DNA from: Octopus vulgaris
Lineage: Eukaryota
Reading direction: 5' to 3'
Assembly (NCBI GenBank): GCA_951406725.2
Contig: OX597814.1
Coordinates: forward strand, 196,850,001-196,914,000
Length of the DNA: 64,000 nt
The notes under the pieces are model-generated. The model made no database searches. It was given only the letters and a program-made list of their open reading frames with translations, and was not told where the DNA came from. The translations under genes were made by a program, and so were the position numbers. Positions 1 through 13,872 of this stretch are shown here, one piece after another (position 1 is the stretch's first letter; every line of letters begins with the position of its first letter).

Positions 1-324
1 ATGACTGAAACAAGTTAAAGAGTAAAAGAATAAAAGAGTATATGCATATACACATACCTACATATATATGCATATATATACGTGCACATATTGGTACAGG
101 ACATCAAAAAACGTTGAACACAATGAGAAACGAAAACATAAAAACAAAAGCATAGAAAAAACGAAAAAAATCAAACAGAGAAACGAGACAGCAACATAAA
201 GAGAAATTCCCCTTCATCAGTTGCGCCTATTTCATCCACTCCGAGTCTCGAAGGCGCCATATATATAGGTACGTTGATGCAAACATAGAAAAATAGAACT
301 CAAAATGTGAGTATTCTTTCTTTC

Positions 325-725
325 CTTTCTTTTACTGGTTTCAGTCATTTGACTGCGGCCATACTGGAGCACCGCCTTTAGTCGAGCAAATCGACCCCGG
401 GACTTATTCTTTGTAAGCCCAGTACTTATTCTATCGATCTCTTTTGCCGAACCGCTAAGTGACGGGGACGTAAACACACCAGCATCGGTTGTCAAGCAAT
501 GCTAGGGGGACAAACACAGACACACAAACACACACACGCATATACATATATACATATATACGACGGGCTTCTTTCAGTTTCCGTCTACCAAATCCACTCA
601 TAAGGCTTTGGTCGGCCCGAGGCTATAGCAGAAGACACTTGCCCAAGATGCCACGCAGTGGGACTGAACCCGGAACCATGTGGTTGGTAAACAAGCTACT
701 TACCACACAGCCACTCCTGCGCCTA
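325..725 (-). mobile_element. tRNA-derived SINE family A, full-length copy
   Basis: Minus strand begins AGGCGCAGGAGTGGCTGTGTGG (A box), then GGTTCAGTCCC (B box), a CORE-like CTTGGGCAAGTG, an internal (TA)/(TG) microsatellite and a GACTGAAAC..GTAAAAGA tail. Near-identical copies recur across the window. Bases 1-40 are the tail of another copy on the + strand. Confidence 0.9.
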
Positions 726-1789
726 TATGTATATTTTTATTAATATATAGCAGTAGTAACTGAGTGATTCAAGGAAAGCTATTTTACTTTCAACATTCTT
801 TTCTTTAGCAGAATCGATATTCATTGAACTCGATGAAAGTTACTGTAAAAATTCCACAGAATTCAGAAAACACTGAAAGTTATTTTAAACAGTTTACGTA
901 AATTATTAATGTATACATTTTTCCTTTGTATATATACGACACATATATATTGTTATGACTATATGCAGGTCTCTATGCCTGTGTATTTATAATATATATC
1001 TACTCGCACGCACACACACACACACACGCACACTCACGCACAAACACACACACACACATATATATACATGTATTCACTTACACTCACATACACATAAAAC
1101 ATACATATATATACAATCACCCGCACATACATTTATATGCAATCACCCGCACATACATGTATATATGTCTTTGTTTGTGTGTGTGTATGTGTGGTGTGTG
1201 TGTGTGTGCATGTCCGTGTGTGTGTGCATATAAATGATGAATCGTTATCTCTCTTAAGCTTCATGTATCGAAGATGCTAAGATATGCAGATCGAATTATA
1301 TATGTATGTGTGTATGTATGTTTGTTTGTATGTTTGTATGCTGTTCTTTTCCTTTTGTTTCTCTATTTTAAAACTACAAGCCTGAAATTTTGCTTTCGGC
1401 GCATGTCTTTTCATAAGAAGGGTCGTGAGTTGTGTGACGCTTTAAACAAATAATTGAAGTCCAGACAGAAAAAAGAAAAGAAAAAACAACTTCCATCATT
1501 GTATCCCCGCAAGCAATGCATTGCACATTAGAAATAGTTGCTGATTGGTAAAATAATTTATTTTCGATAATTTTTTTTCAATGAATACAGTCGTTTTCGT
1601 AAAACTTTTCTGAGAGAAATGAAAAATTATAACAGCAAATCTAAAATTTATGCTGTATATTACTGGATATTTCTGCCCATTTTTATGCAGCTCATCATAT
1701 AACACTTATGTATTTATCTATGTATAAGTACGTATACATCTATTGTATTGGTTATGTATATATTATGAGTGGGGTGTTGTAATGTTCTT

Positions 1790-1978
1790 GGCTTTAAGGT
1801 ATTGTGAAAGGCCTGGTTGGAAGCCCAAACTCCCGAGTTCTTTTACAAGGCTTAGAAAAACTGAAGGATTGCTGCAATAGGTGTGTGAATCTAAAGGGGA
1901 AATATGTTGAATAAAATCAAAATTAACTGGTCCTATTTTCTTTTACCTTTAGTCAGGAACTTTTCAGCACTTCGGCGT
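1790..1978 (+). mobile_element. mariner-like transposon 3' fragment (transposase C-terminus plus right end)
   Basis: Degenerate translation ...GLEKLKDCCNRCVNLKGKYVE* resembles the mariner C-terminal RWxKCVxxxGxYVE. It is followed by a TIR-like end and TA. Confidence 0.6.
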
Positions 1979-2519
1979 ATATCATACTATGTGGACTGAC
2001 CCCCTTGTTGATAGTCCCATGGTGCTCGAAACATCAGGGCGAAACTAAACGAACTGGGTGTTTTCACACCTTTTTACCAAAAGAGAAATAACTGCTGTCT
2101 ATTTGCCTTTTAGCAGTTGAAATATGTGACAAACAATATATATAGTTGGAATTCAAAAAAAAAACAAAAAAACAGAAGACTAAGATAGGTTTGTAAACAA
2201 CAAACAGGTGAGAAAGTCTTTTACATTTCGAGCCTACGACTTCAACAGAAAGGAACAGAGAGAGAATAAAAAAGCCTTAGCGGCTAGCGGTTGATCGATG
2301 GCCAGACAGAGGTGGTCAGACCAATATATATATATATATATATAAACATATATATATATATACTATATCCGATGTATATGTATGTGTGACCTTAATTTAT
2401 CTTACATGGAATGAGATGTTTTGTGATGAAAATATGCACAGTGTTAATGTTGGAACATGAAAGAAAGATTGATACGATTTGAACTTTTGAAGACATGCAT
2501 ATTTTTATTGTTTCTCCGA

Positions 2520-3480
2520 CATATCAAGTTTTAAAGCACTTAGCAGCTGCTTACTTTCATAGATTACAATTCCGTGCCTCTTGAGATTGTGACTAAAACA
2601 TCTACCAACAAGAAAAAAACACACAAAAATCATCCAAGTTCACCAATATAAATTTTAAATGATATTCAAGTAGAAATGCTGTATTTCGAAGAAGATATTC
2701 TGAAATATTTTCCTTTTCTTTGATTTTGAAAGAAATATTCACATCTGCAGGGCATCAGACCTCTCTGACTGTACATAAATTTTATTCTCTGTCCCAGACA
2801 ACTATATCTAATCTGTTATCCTTGCACATGGCGACCGTTTTAATAGGAAGTTTTCAACCAATTTTCTCTCTGTTGATATTTATGTGTTTATTCCAAACAA
2901 CGATACTCTCTATATTTATTTTTGCAGATGACATTCTATATTGATATATTAATACCGTGTGATACCCCAAGATATTGCAATTCTAGTCTACGTGCTTATC
3001 TAGGGTCTTCCATAGCAATGATACAAAACGAACGTTTTTCTATTCTGGTTGGTTTATGATCTTTGCTTTCGTTTTCTCTATTTGGAATTGCGTCCGCTAA
3101 TTTTTGAATGCAAAAGTATAACTTAGGAAATACTCATGAGTTCAACAACTATTCTCAAGTTTACGGAACTCATCCAGGTACAGATCGTTTGCTTTATATT
3201 ACAGAATTTTTCTCTTCTCTGTCGTTAAAGATGTACGCAATTCAGCAAAGATGGCGTCACGTAGAAGATCATAGAAAATTCAGTAATTGTTGAAGACTTC
3301 ACAACCGCTCTGTAATATTTGGTCTCGTTCATTTCAAATCATGGTTTGATATATTTATTTCCGTTGTTGTTTTACAGATACTGTTTGAGTGGCATATTAC
3401 GATGCTCAAAACCTATCGGCAATGACCTTAAGCCTCCCCATCCCACTTTCTTTTTGAGAAAGAACTTTTCAATATGATTG
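2520..3480 (+). pseudogene. heavily decayed non-LTR retrotransposon reverse transcriptase remnant (CR1/Jockey-like)
   Basis: ORF 2720-2944 reads VLIGSFQPIFSLLIF...SIFIFADDI, a degenerate form of the RT QGSxLxPxLF...FADD motifs. Boundaries are uncertain. Confidence 0.45.
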
Positions 3481-3539
3481 TTACTGTGAAATCATAAATT
3501 TAATATCAATACTTTGTGCTTTAATATCTGTCTGTCTAC

Positions 3540-3572
3540 CTACACACATATTTATTTATCTATCTATCTATT

Positions 3573-3613
<41 letters not shown>

Positions 3614-3614
3614 C

Positions 3615-3689
<75 letters not shown>

Positions 3690-3800
3690 TATTGCGTCTG
3701 GGGAGAGTCATTTTCTTTTTGTGCCAAATCCCAAAACGAAATATATATATATATCTACCTACTTATCTGTCTGTCTATCTATCTATCCATCTACCTGTTG

Positions 3801-3837
<37 letters not shown>

Positions 3838-3880
3838 ATATATATATATATATATATATCTGTTCCTCTACATACCTCCC

Positions 3881-3912
<32 letters not shown>

Positions 3913-4022
3913 CATATACCAGTCTGTCTGTTTGTTTGTCCAGCAGCCTGTCAGTTTATATATTTATCTATTTATCTCTCTGTCTCTCTTCTTCTTCCCT
4001 CTCTCTCTCTCTCTCTCTCTCA
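3540..4022. repeat. compound microsatellite (CA)n/(TA)n/(TATC)n/(TC)n
   Basis: Directly visible. Confidence 0.95.
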
Positions 4023-4329
4023 TATATTTGAAAATGTGCTTTCTTGCGGCTCTAAGGGTGGTTTAACTCTTATTTCTAGCAATATAGGTATTACCCGTAA
4101 CCCTCAGTCACAATTAGTGGCAATTGAACTTTTCGTTTATGGTTTTATATATATTGCACGCGCCCATGTGTACACATGTGCTTCTCTGTCGCTCTAAGTG
4201 TTTATAACTCTTATTTCTAGCAATGTAGATGCTACGCCGCACTGTCAGCCAAAATTAGGGACAATTGAATTTGGTGTTATATTGCATATAGCCGCCTTAG
4301 AAAGTGAGGGTATGTGAAGAAGTAGAGAT

Positions 4330-4562
4330 AAGGCGGCGAGCTGGCAGAAACGTTAGCACGCCGGGCGAAATGCGTAGCCGTATTTCGTCTGCCGTTACGT
4401 TCTGAGTTCAAATTCCGCCGAGGTCGACTTTGCCTTTCATCCTTTCGGGGTCGATTAAATAAATACCAGTTACACACTGGGGTCGATATAATCGACTTAA
4501 TCCGTTTGTCTGTCCTTGTTTGTCCTCTCTGTGCTTAACCCCTTGTGGGTAGTAAAGAAATG
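4330..4562 (+). mobile_element. tRNA-derived SINE family B, full-length copy with TSD
   Basis: Head AAGGCGGCGAGCTGGCAGAA, B box GAGTTCAAATTCC, central GTCGACTTTGCCTTTCATCCTTTCGGGGTCGAT (resembles the Meta/Nin-type conserved SINE domain, from memory) and tail ...GGGTAGTAAAGAAAT. TSD GGTATGTGAAGAAG at 4309 and 4563. Confidence 0.9.
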
Positions 4563-5059
4563 GGTATGTGAAGAAGGGAGAGCGTGGGACGAAGAGATAG
4601 ATAACTAGAGAGGGAGAGAGACACAGAGAGAGGAGAGAGAAATAGGAGAGACGAAAGAGGGAGAGAGGAGATGGGGTGAGTGGGGAGAGGGAGGTGGAAG
4701 AGATAAGGGGACAAAGGGGACGAAAGAGAGATGAGGAAAAACAATCCCCATCGCTAATTTTCTTAAGTCTGGCATACTAGTTTAGACCATACTTGCACAG
4801 TATATTTTTATCAATACCGAGATATATATATATGAAACGAAAATGAGAGAGAAGCACGGCGGATATAAACTATTTCGATTGGGAAACAAGTTTGAAGCAC
4901 GCATCTGTCAAATATGAATTTATCGTCTGTCTAAATTTCCTCCTTGTATCAGTTCAAAATATGGTTACTAAATCCAAAATTCTTACAGCTTCTACTTCAT
5001 ACATTTACTGTGTGCTAGTTTAAGAAAACCACAGGAAGAGAACATTTATAAGTAACAAG

Positions 5060-5436
<377 letters not shown>

Positions 5437-5737
5437 GTGAAGATTGGTATGCTTTGCTTTATGTATATATTCTCAAGTATATAGTTGCATATCTAGACAA
5501 GCTCATATATATTTAAATGATAAACTTCTGGAAAGTTTTACAAATTTTTACACTTCCACTGATCAATCGGAACTGCAGTCTTCGAATTAGCAAGACCTTT
5601 TCTACTTTCGAGAAGCCTACTTTCTCATGATTGATATTTAGGCAGTGTGTTACATACCCCAGGGCCTCAATAATTACAGCTATAATCCTGAACTTGTAAT
5701 CTCGTTAGAGTAACGGCAGATTTCCCAATAGTTCAGC

Positions 5738-5740
<3 letters not shown>
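5437..5740 (-). mobile_element. 3' end of an R4/Dong-like (restriction-like endonuclease) non-LTR retrotransposon
   Basis: Minus translation YAELLGNLPLL*RDYKFRIIAVIIEALGYVTHCLNINHEKVGF...LIRRLQFRLISGSVKICKTFQKFII* resembles the RLE C-terminus (IPVIIGALG...LQ...GTxKI). A short 3' UTR runs into (GATA)n. Confidence 0.7.
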
Positions 5741-5803
<63 letters not shown>

Positions 5804-6417
5804 GACGGGCTTCTTTCTGTTTCTGTCTACCAAAGACACTTGCCCAAGGTGCCAATAATAGATGGATTGTGGTTTACTCACTACAGCTGTTTCATACCTT
5901 TTTTTTTATACTCATAAACAGAGTTATTCCAGAATGCGAAAAAAGAAAAAACATTTTTCGCAGGTAAATATATGCACGAATTAAACATCTAAAAAAAACA
6001 TACTACGAATCCAAGTACGTACCATTTTATGACTTTCTGGCGAACTTCGGTAAGATACATATATACCGTTGGGGGGAACTGTGCCGCCAACGGTAGAATT
6101 GACTACTTCGAACCCAGAGGAAGAGGAAATATTGGTCCTCTTCTACAGAGGCGGAGAGGTAGAAGAGGTGGTGGAAAGGCACTTTTAACCTTTGCACAGG
6201 ATCCCGAATAGCCTCCGCAGATCCCGAATGGCCTCCGTAGTAAGAGGTTCTTTACCTCGTTTTGTCTTTTTCTGTGAAAAAAAGAACAGAATAGTGTTTT
6301 AGAGAAGCAGAGGTGGGCATTTTTTGTCTTCTCCTATTAATATCATTCACCTCATCAATGTCTTTGTCCAGCCAGCAAGCTACACTGTATCGTGCCTCTT
6401 TGGCAAAATTTTTGAAA

Positions 6418-6695
6418 TAAGTAGCTTGGTTACCAACCACATGATTCCGGGTTTAGTCCCACTGCGTGGCACCTTGGGTGAATGTCTTATTTGTACATTT
6501 TAAATGTTTCAGTCATTTGACTGCGGCGATGTTGGAACACCGCCGTTGGTCGAACAAATCAACCCCGGGACTTATTCTTTGTAAGCCTAGGACTTATTCT
6601 ACCGATTACTTTTTGCCGAACCGCTTAGTTACGGAGACGTAAACACACCAACATTGGTTGTCAAATGATAGTAAGGGTCAAACACTGACATACAA

Positions 6696-6710
<15 letters not shown>
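6418..6710. mobile_element. SINE A fragments (+ head 6418-6490; minus-strand tail half 6505-6710)
   Basis: Similarity to the copy at 325-725. Confidence 0.8.
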
Positions 6711-6792
<82 letters not shown>

Positions 6793-6861
6793 CTTTATTT
6801 AAAAGCAGCAGAAATATAACAAAAGCTGTTACTCAGTTTCACGTTCCCTGTGTTATATACA

Positions 6862-7430
6862 CAGGATGTTCTTGCTAAACTTGCACAAAAGGAAAAGGAA
6901 AACACAATAATCCGCCCAAAAGTAAACGTATTTTATAAAATCGAGAAATATCAACGATAGCTGGGAGATACAACTTTACTCAAAGTAGCCCTCCCAGCTT
7001 TCATACGGCCTCAAAACGGCTCCCCAACCTATCGCATCTGTTCCTCCCTGTGCCCCGGGAAAAATCTTCGAGCACTTTCGGTTACCTGCTCGGCCTTGGC
7101 GTTGTAGGTAGAACGGATGGTTTCTTTCTCATCCTCACACCATGCATAGTAATCCATGGGAATTACAGTCGGGAGAAATGGGAGGCAATATACTGGGGCT
7201 GCTGAACCCGTAGCGATTATCCGTTAACTACACTTGACCCTCTTCTGGAGGAATGACAAGTATATGGCCTTCGAGCAGCAACCCTCTTCAATCACAGCTT
7301 CACCAGAGTCCCTAGCAGTCTGAATTAAGCTTAAGGCCTTCTTCAAGTATGTGAGACGGTATCATGACTCTGTTTTTGGAGACTCGCACAAAGACCATCA
7401 CAGTATGGAGAAGCTTGGTTTTCATCATGT
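6862..7430 (-). mobile_element. decayed maT/DD37D-like Tc1-mariner transposase, 3' half
   Basis: Minus strand gives frameshifted ...VMVFVRVS...LPPISPDCN/PMDYYA...FEAV. The SPDxNPxDY motif is typical of maT elements. TIR-like CAGGATGTTC at 6862. Confidence 0.6.
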
Positions 7431-8189
7431 CCTTGTCTCATCTTACAGACTTTATAGTATTCACAGAGCATTGTATAACGGTGATGTGTTGGCATTTTGA
7501 TACCTGGCGCAAATCATCATGATACAGGTACCTCTTCTCTAATATTCAGATGGTTTCTAGTCCTCCATATCAGCTAACTTTTTCTCAACTCCAATTTTAT
7601 TCTTTATGCTCTCCAATGCTGTTGACAGTCCACCAATACGTCAAGCTGTTCCAGAACACAAGAAGCCTAAAAATATCGTCAAACTTAGTCCGAACACTCA
7701 GTATATGAATGCATACATGCATACATACACATTCAAGAGTCGATAACCTCAGAATAGTAGACTGTGAATAACAAGTATAGAAGCAGATATATTTCTAATT
7801 CGTTTCTTTCATGACTGTACAGAATACAGTTGGAGTACATTGAACTATCTCATCCAACTATCAGTATCATAAGATCTTGTACGACTGCTAAAGTCTCTAG
7901 TCACTGATTGTTCAGCAACTATTTTATTCAATGAAATATGATCGTATCTGTTAGTATTTCTGAACGATATAACATAAGAAGACCTTGGATAACTGCATTT
8001 CAGTTATTCATCTGTATTTCCATCGTTTATTCGATTTTCCACCACTTATTAAACCTGATTAAAATATCACAGCCAAATCATTCTTCATTCTTGGTTTTGT
8101 GAGTAAGCATCTCGCTTCACGACCACGTTGTTAGGGGTCTGGTCCCACTGCGTGGCACCTTCATCGTGACTGAAACAAGTAAGCGCTAC

Positions 8190-8608
8190 TCCTTTTACTC
8201 TTTTACTTGTTTCAGACATTTGACTGCGGCCATGCTGGAGCACCGCCTTTAGTCGAGGAAATCGATGCCGGGATTATTCTTTGTAAGCCTAGTACTTATT
8301 CTATCCGCCTCTTTTGCCGAACCGCTAGTTTACGGGGACGTAAACATACCAGAATCGCATGTGAAGCGATGCTGGTGGAGACAAACACAGACACACAGAC
8401 ATACACACACACAACACACACACACATATATATATATACATATATAGGACGGGCTTCTTTCAGTTTCCCTCTACCAAATCCAGTCACAAGGCGTTGGTCA
8501 GCCCGGAGCTATAGTAGAAGACACTTGCCCAAGGTGCCACGCAATGGGACTGAACTCGGAACCATGTGCTTGGTAAGCAAGCTACTTACCACACAGCCAC
8601 TCCTACGA
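8190..8608 (-). mobile_element. SINE A, full-length
   Basis: Matches 325-725 along its length. Confidence 0.9.
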
Positions 8609-9153
8609 TGATAAACATTAGACTGAAAAAAGACGGGATGCTCACGACTGGAGAGGATTTTACTATAAGTATGCACATTTGAAGTTAATCTGTAGTAAAG
8701 CACCACCACCAACAACAACAACGATAACAACAACAAATTTTTTCTTTTTTCTAGTTTTTGCCAGCTACGGAGAATCAAAGTCGATGCTCGATTTACTAGA
8801 AACAAAAGAAAAATATCTCTCAAATCGTAGCATCATAAAAAGGCATAAAATGGATAAGATATGAACTAAAATACACGTCTAGAATGCGCTTTATTTCCCA
8901 TGCTTTTATGTTTTGTTTCGAGCAGTTCTCAAACGGAGGGCTGCTGGTATTTGACAATGTACAGCAAGGCTTTACAAAATCCACACTTATGTATGAGCAA
9001 CGTAAAAAAAAGTGTGATTCATAATTTCTGCATATTATAAGATGTAATAATTTGACCTTTCAATGATTTTTCTGCTATTTATTATCTCTCTATTAAATCA
9101 GTCACTTTATTCAATAAACTATATTATATATATATATATATGCTGTTAACGCC

Positions 9154-9224
<71 letters not shown>

Positions 9225-9461
9225 ATATATATATATATAGTGAACGTCAACTCATGTGTGCTATTGTTTCCTTCTCTCTTTCTCTCTCTCTCTCTATATA
9301 TATATGTATGTATGTATGCACGTACGTACATACGTATGTATGTATGTGTGTGTGTGTGTGCAATCGCATTGTAGGTTTAGTTGTGTGTATCTATGTGTAC
9401 TGTGTGCGTGTATGTGTGTATATACATATATATATGCATATACATATATTATATATTATAT

Positions 9462-9540
<79 letters not shown>

Positions 9541-9999
9541 CATCTGTTTCACTCACCTTTCACAATAATTCTTTATCTGTGTTCCGAATTCCCTCTGCTT
9601 TCCTTCCTTTCTCTTCTTTCTTCCCCAAATTTCTTTCTGTCAGTTTTATCACCGTAATGTCCTACACACGTTTTCGCCTTTTAATTCCAACCTTCTTTCA
9701 GAATTGATATGAACTCCTCCCACGCTAGAACTCTTATATCATTTACGTTGTTTTTGACAAAGTAAAGACCACACTTCTTCATATCCGTTCTTTTATTCTT
9801 TTTCTCCTTCGCTATTTTCGTCTTGATGAAATCCAGCCGAGTTCGTCCTTACCTTTCATCCCTTCCATGTCGATGAAATAATTACCAGCAGTGCATTCGG
9901 GTTGATGTAACTGACTAGCTCCTCTTTCCAAATTTCAAGCCTTGTGTCCATAACGAAAATTATTTTCATATCTATATTTTCATATTTTTGTTTATTCTT

Positions 10000-10401
10000 T
10001 CTTTATTCTTTTACTTGTTTCAGTCATTTGACTGCGGCCATGCTGGAGCACCGCCTTTTAGTCGAGCAAATCGACCCCGGGACTTATTCTTTGTAAGCCC
10101 AGTACTTATTCTATCGGTCTCTTTTGCCGATTCGCTAGGTGACGGGGACGTAAACACACCAGCATCGGTTGTCAAGCAATGCTAGGGGGACAAATACAGA
10201 CACACAAACACATACACACACATATATATATATACATATATACGACAGGCTTCTTTCAGTTTCTCTCTACCAAATCCACTCACAAGGCATTGGTCGACCC
10301 GGGGCTATAGCAGAAGACACTTGCCCAAGGTGCCACGCAGTGGACTGAACCCGGAACCATGTGGCTGGTTAGCAAGCTACTTACCACACAGCCACTCCTG
10401 T
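10000..10401 (-). mobile_element. SINE A, full-length
   Basis: Near-identical to 325-725. Confidence 0.9.
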
Positions 10402-11060
10402 GTACTTTTCTCCTTGTTCCACAGTTTCTTTTCCCATTCTCACTTCCTTTCACTATTTTTAACTCTCTCTATGGTCTATCAGCCCTTGAACCCTAGAATG
10501 CATCAGCCCCAAATTTTCCATGGCACATTTGAAATTTCATCGCAATAAACCCCCTGGTCAGGACGCTGATCCTTTGCAGGAGATCCTTCTGAAATGAACC
10601 GAAAACCGGATACTTACTCTAGCGTTAAACACTTAAAAATATGGATTTACTCTTCCAGACAATGGTTTTCAGTTCCAAAAGTTTGTAGCAAACGACATCA
10701 ATTTCTGTAATACCCAACATAAGAATGATGATGTATTTAAATTATTAACACACGAGCAAAGCTTAAATGCTTGCAACTCTAAACCCAGCTAAACGGAAGT
10801 AGAGAAATCAACTATGCATTAAACACTGTTCAAAAGTGACATAAATGGATTTGCCGAGAGAGAGACAAAAAAATTTAAGGCTTCTCTGCAGGATAGTTCG
10901 ATCAACTTCAGTTCATTTGTGTACGACAGAAAGGTATAAAAGCGTGTTTCTGCCTTCGATTATATGATAACGATATCCATGAATAGTTTTGATATAGAGC
11001 TAGATATAATATCCAGAAATGTGGGCCATTAGTGTCCACTGTTTATATTTACGATGTTTT

Positions 11061-11277
11061 AAGGCGGCGAGCTATCAGAAACGTTAGCACGCCGGGCGAA
11101 ATGCTTAGCGGTATTTCCTCTGCCGTTACGTTCTGAGTTCAAATTCCGCCGAGGTCGACTTTGCCTTTCATACTTTCGGGGTCGATAAATAAAGTACCAG
11201 TTACGCACTGGGGTCGACCTTTGTCTGTCCTTGTTTGTCCCCTCTATGTTTAGCCCCTTGTGGTCAATAAAGAAATA
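11061..11277 (+). mobile_element. SINE B with TSD TATATTTACGATGT
   Basis: Family B head, body and tail. TSD at 11044 and 11278. Confidence 0.88.
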
Positions 11278-11314
11278 TATATTTACGATGTCCATGTTCA
11301 TTTAGCATTTTTTT

Positions 11315-11698
11315 TTGTTTCAGTCATTGAACCACCGCCATGTAGGGCCACCGCAAGGAAAGTGTTTAGTAGAACAAATAACCCCTAGTACTTATTTTTT
11401 AAAGTTTGGCAGTTATTCTATTTGATCCTTTTGAAGAATTGCTAAGGAAAAGGAACGTGAAAAAGCAGCACCGGTTTGTCAGGTGTTAGGAGTGAACAGT
11501 ACAAAGGTGCATGCATATATCGACGGTGGTTTTCCCCAGAATTTCCGTTTATCGAATCCACTCACAAGGCATTGGTCGATTGGTCGACTCGGGGCTATTG
11601 CAAGAGATACTTACTCAACGTTTCCTACTGTGGGAATGAAGTCAAACCATGTGATAGCAAAGCGAGAGTCATAAACACAGAGCCATACCTGTGCCTTC
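11315..11698 (-). mobile_element. old diverged SINE A copy
   Basis: TTTCAGTCATTGA...ATCCACTCACAAGGCATTGGTCG... is recognisable but diverged. Confidence 0.7.
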
Positions 11699-11966
11699 AT
11701 GTGAATATTCAATTAATTGTTAATTGCTGAAGGAGTAAGATAAGCTGAGAAGCTAATCATTAATTGAAGACTTGAAAGTGATTAAGAGACACGAGGCCAC
11801 CCCTGTATATTCTAGTCAAAAGATAGCGAGATCTCAGATATACTAAGGTTATATAGTGATTAGCAGTTATAGCTATACGAGCTGAGAAGTCATCACGTTT
11901 GTGGAAGGATAGAGACTAATCAGAAGTAATCTTTAATTTAGGGGCCTGTCTCTATTAAATACAAAG

Positions 11967-12182
11967 AGTTTTGTACCAATGCCATGTAAAATCGCTCGTG
12001 CCAGTGCCATGTTAAAAGCACCCGGCACACACTGTAAAGAGGTTGGTGTTAGGAAGGGCATCCAGCCGTAGAAACCATGCCAAGTCAGACTGGTGTATGG
12101 TGCTGCTCCCCAGCTTGCCAGCTCTAGTCAAACCATCCAGCCCATGCCAGCATGGAAAAACGGACGTTAAAGAATAATGATG
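11967..12182 (+). mobile_element. 5'-truncated RTE-related retroposon/SINE 3' fragment between 116-bp direct repeats
   Basis: Contains GTTAGGAAGGGCATCCAGCCGTAGAAACC and ends CCCATGCCAGCATGG...GGACGTTAAA with an (ATG)-like tail. Flanks 11851-11966 and 12183-12298 are direct repeats. Confidence 0.7.
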
Positions 12183-12644
12183 ATATAGTGATTAGCAATT
12201 ATAGCTATACGAGCTGAGAAGTCATCACGTTTGTGGAAGGACAGAGACTAATCAGAAGTAATCCTTAATTTCGGGGCCTGTCTCTATTAAATACAAAGTT
12301 AAATGTCGGCTATGGCATTTGAAAAGAAGGATCCGGTTGACTTAATAATATCGTCGAAATTGAGCAAATATATTTGAATCGCAGCACATCGACTCTAAGG
12401 ACAACCTCCACCTAATGTGATGGATCTTAGACAAGCTGTGAGAGAAAGAATCTAATGATGTTGGATTGAGAATCCAACTTAGATCCACCGAAGCCTTCGA
12501 CTGTGTTGATATTCAGTATCTGGTTATCATATAATTGCAGCTGAATTAGATAAAGTTTTTAAAGTTTGAATCCATGAATGCAATAAAGAGTGACATATAT
12601 TTGGGGCTAATACTAACTGGTCGCCAATTGAATTTGTTTACGAT

Positions 12645-13054
12645 ACTCTTTTACTCTTTTACTTGTTTCAGTCATTTGACTGCGGCCATGCTGGAGCACC
12701 GCCTTTAGTCGAGCAAATCGACCCCGGGGCTTATTCTTTGTAAGCCCAGTACTTATTCTATCGGTCTCTTTTGCCGAACCGCTAAGTGACGGGGACGTAA
12801 ACACACCAGCATCGATTGTCAAGCAATGCTAGGGGGACAAACACAAACACACAAACACACACACACACACACATATATACATATATACGACGGGTTTCTT
12901 TCAGTTTCCGTCTACCAAATCCACTCACAAGGCATTGGTCGGCCCGGGGCTATATAGCAGAAGACACTTGCCCAAGATGCCACGCAGTGGGACTGAACCC
13001 GGAACCATGTGGTTGGTTAGCAAGCTACTTACCACACAGCCACTCCTACGCCTA
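12645..13054 (-). mobile_element. SINE A, full-length young copy
   Basis: Near-identical to 24780-25187 and 325-725. Confidence 0.9.
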
Positions 13055-13872
13055 TCATTCACTCTGTCGAGAATTTTGGTCTTCAATGCTTTTGTAAGCC
13101 TATATTTCTAACTAAGCCCTTAATTGATTGATCTCGATCCTGGATACTGAAATACAATGCCAAAGCAGACTTTTGGCTTCTGTTAGTATCCCTTGAACAT
13201 AAATCAGGTCACTGGCTAATGCATTCAAAATTTTGCGTGGGGCTTTTCAAATTCTCAATTCAGTGGCGTTTTCTGTATTCTACAGAAATTTCCTTCTATC
13301 TCATAACTGTTTTATAAAAACAATGCTACAACATGGCTTTGCATTTCTAAAGCTACTGTAGAAATGATGAACGCATTGTTATGCCTTTTATTATAATCAT
13401 TCTCCACAAATATTTTGTTTCTGAAAATGATTTTAAAAAAAACGCAAATAATGAATTAAATACCATGTCTTTATACGAGTTGCACAAATTCGATATCACT
13501 TTCACCGTAAATTATTTTCTTGCATGCCTCACACAGAAACAAGTTTTTAAAAAAAATTTAAGTAACAACTTAATTTACCAATAATTTTTTAAAACTATAA
13601 CTTTTACATAATTTAATCTGCAGAGTAAATTTCGTTTTAGCTCTGGAATTGTAAAAAATTATGTTTTGATTTTTTAAAATGTCATTTCATATTGAATTCA
13701 TTCTCCTGATTTCTCGATCACTTATTATCCCTTCGACATTAACAACTGCATCTTCTGCTTCTCTTTTAATGCAACAGTATCATTTCCGGAGAGTGAAGGC
13801 GTGTAGCCTTGTGGTTAGGGTGTGCTGTGTTCTTAAACAACACAATTTTCCCGTTGCTCCAGTTTGCCCTGC

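Noticed and set aside
4036-4272. Diverged ~142-bp tandem duplication, and a 20-bp duplication at 6200-6239
   Set aside because: Real but ordinary local duplications with no further structure.
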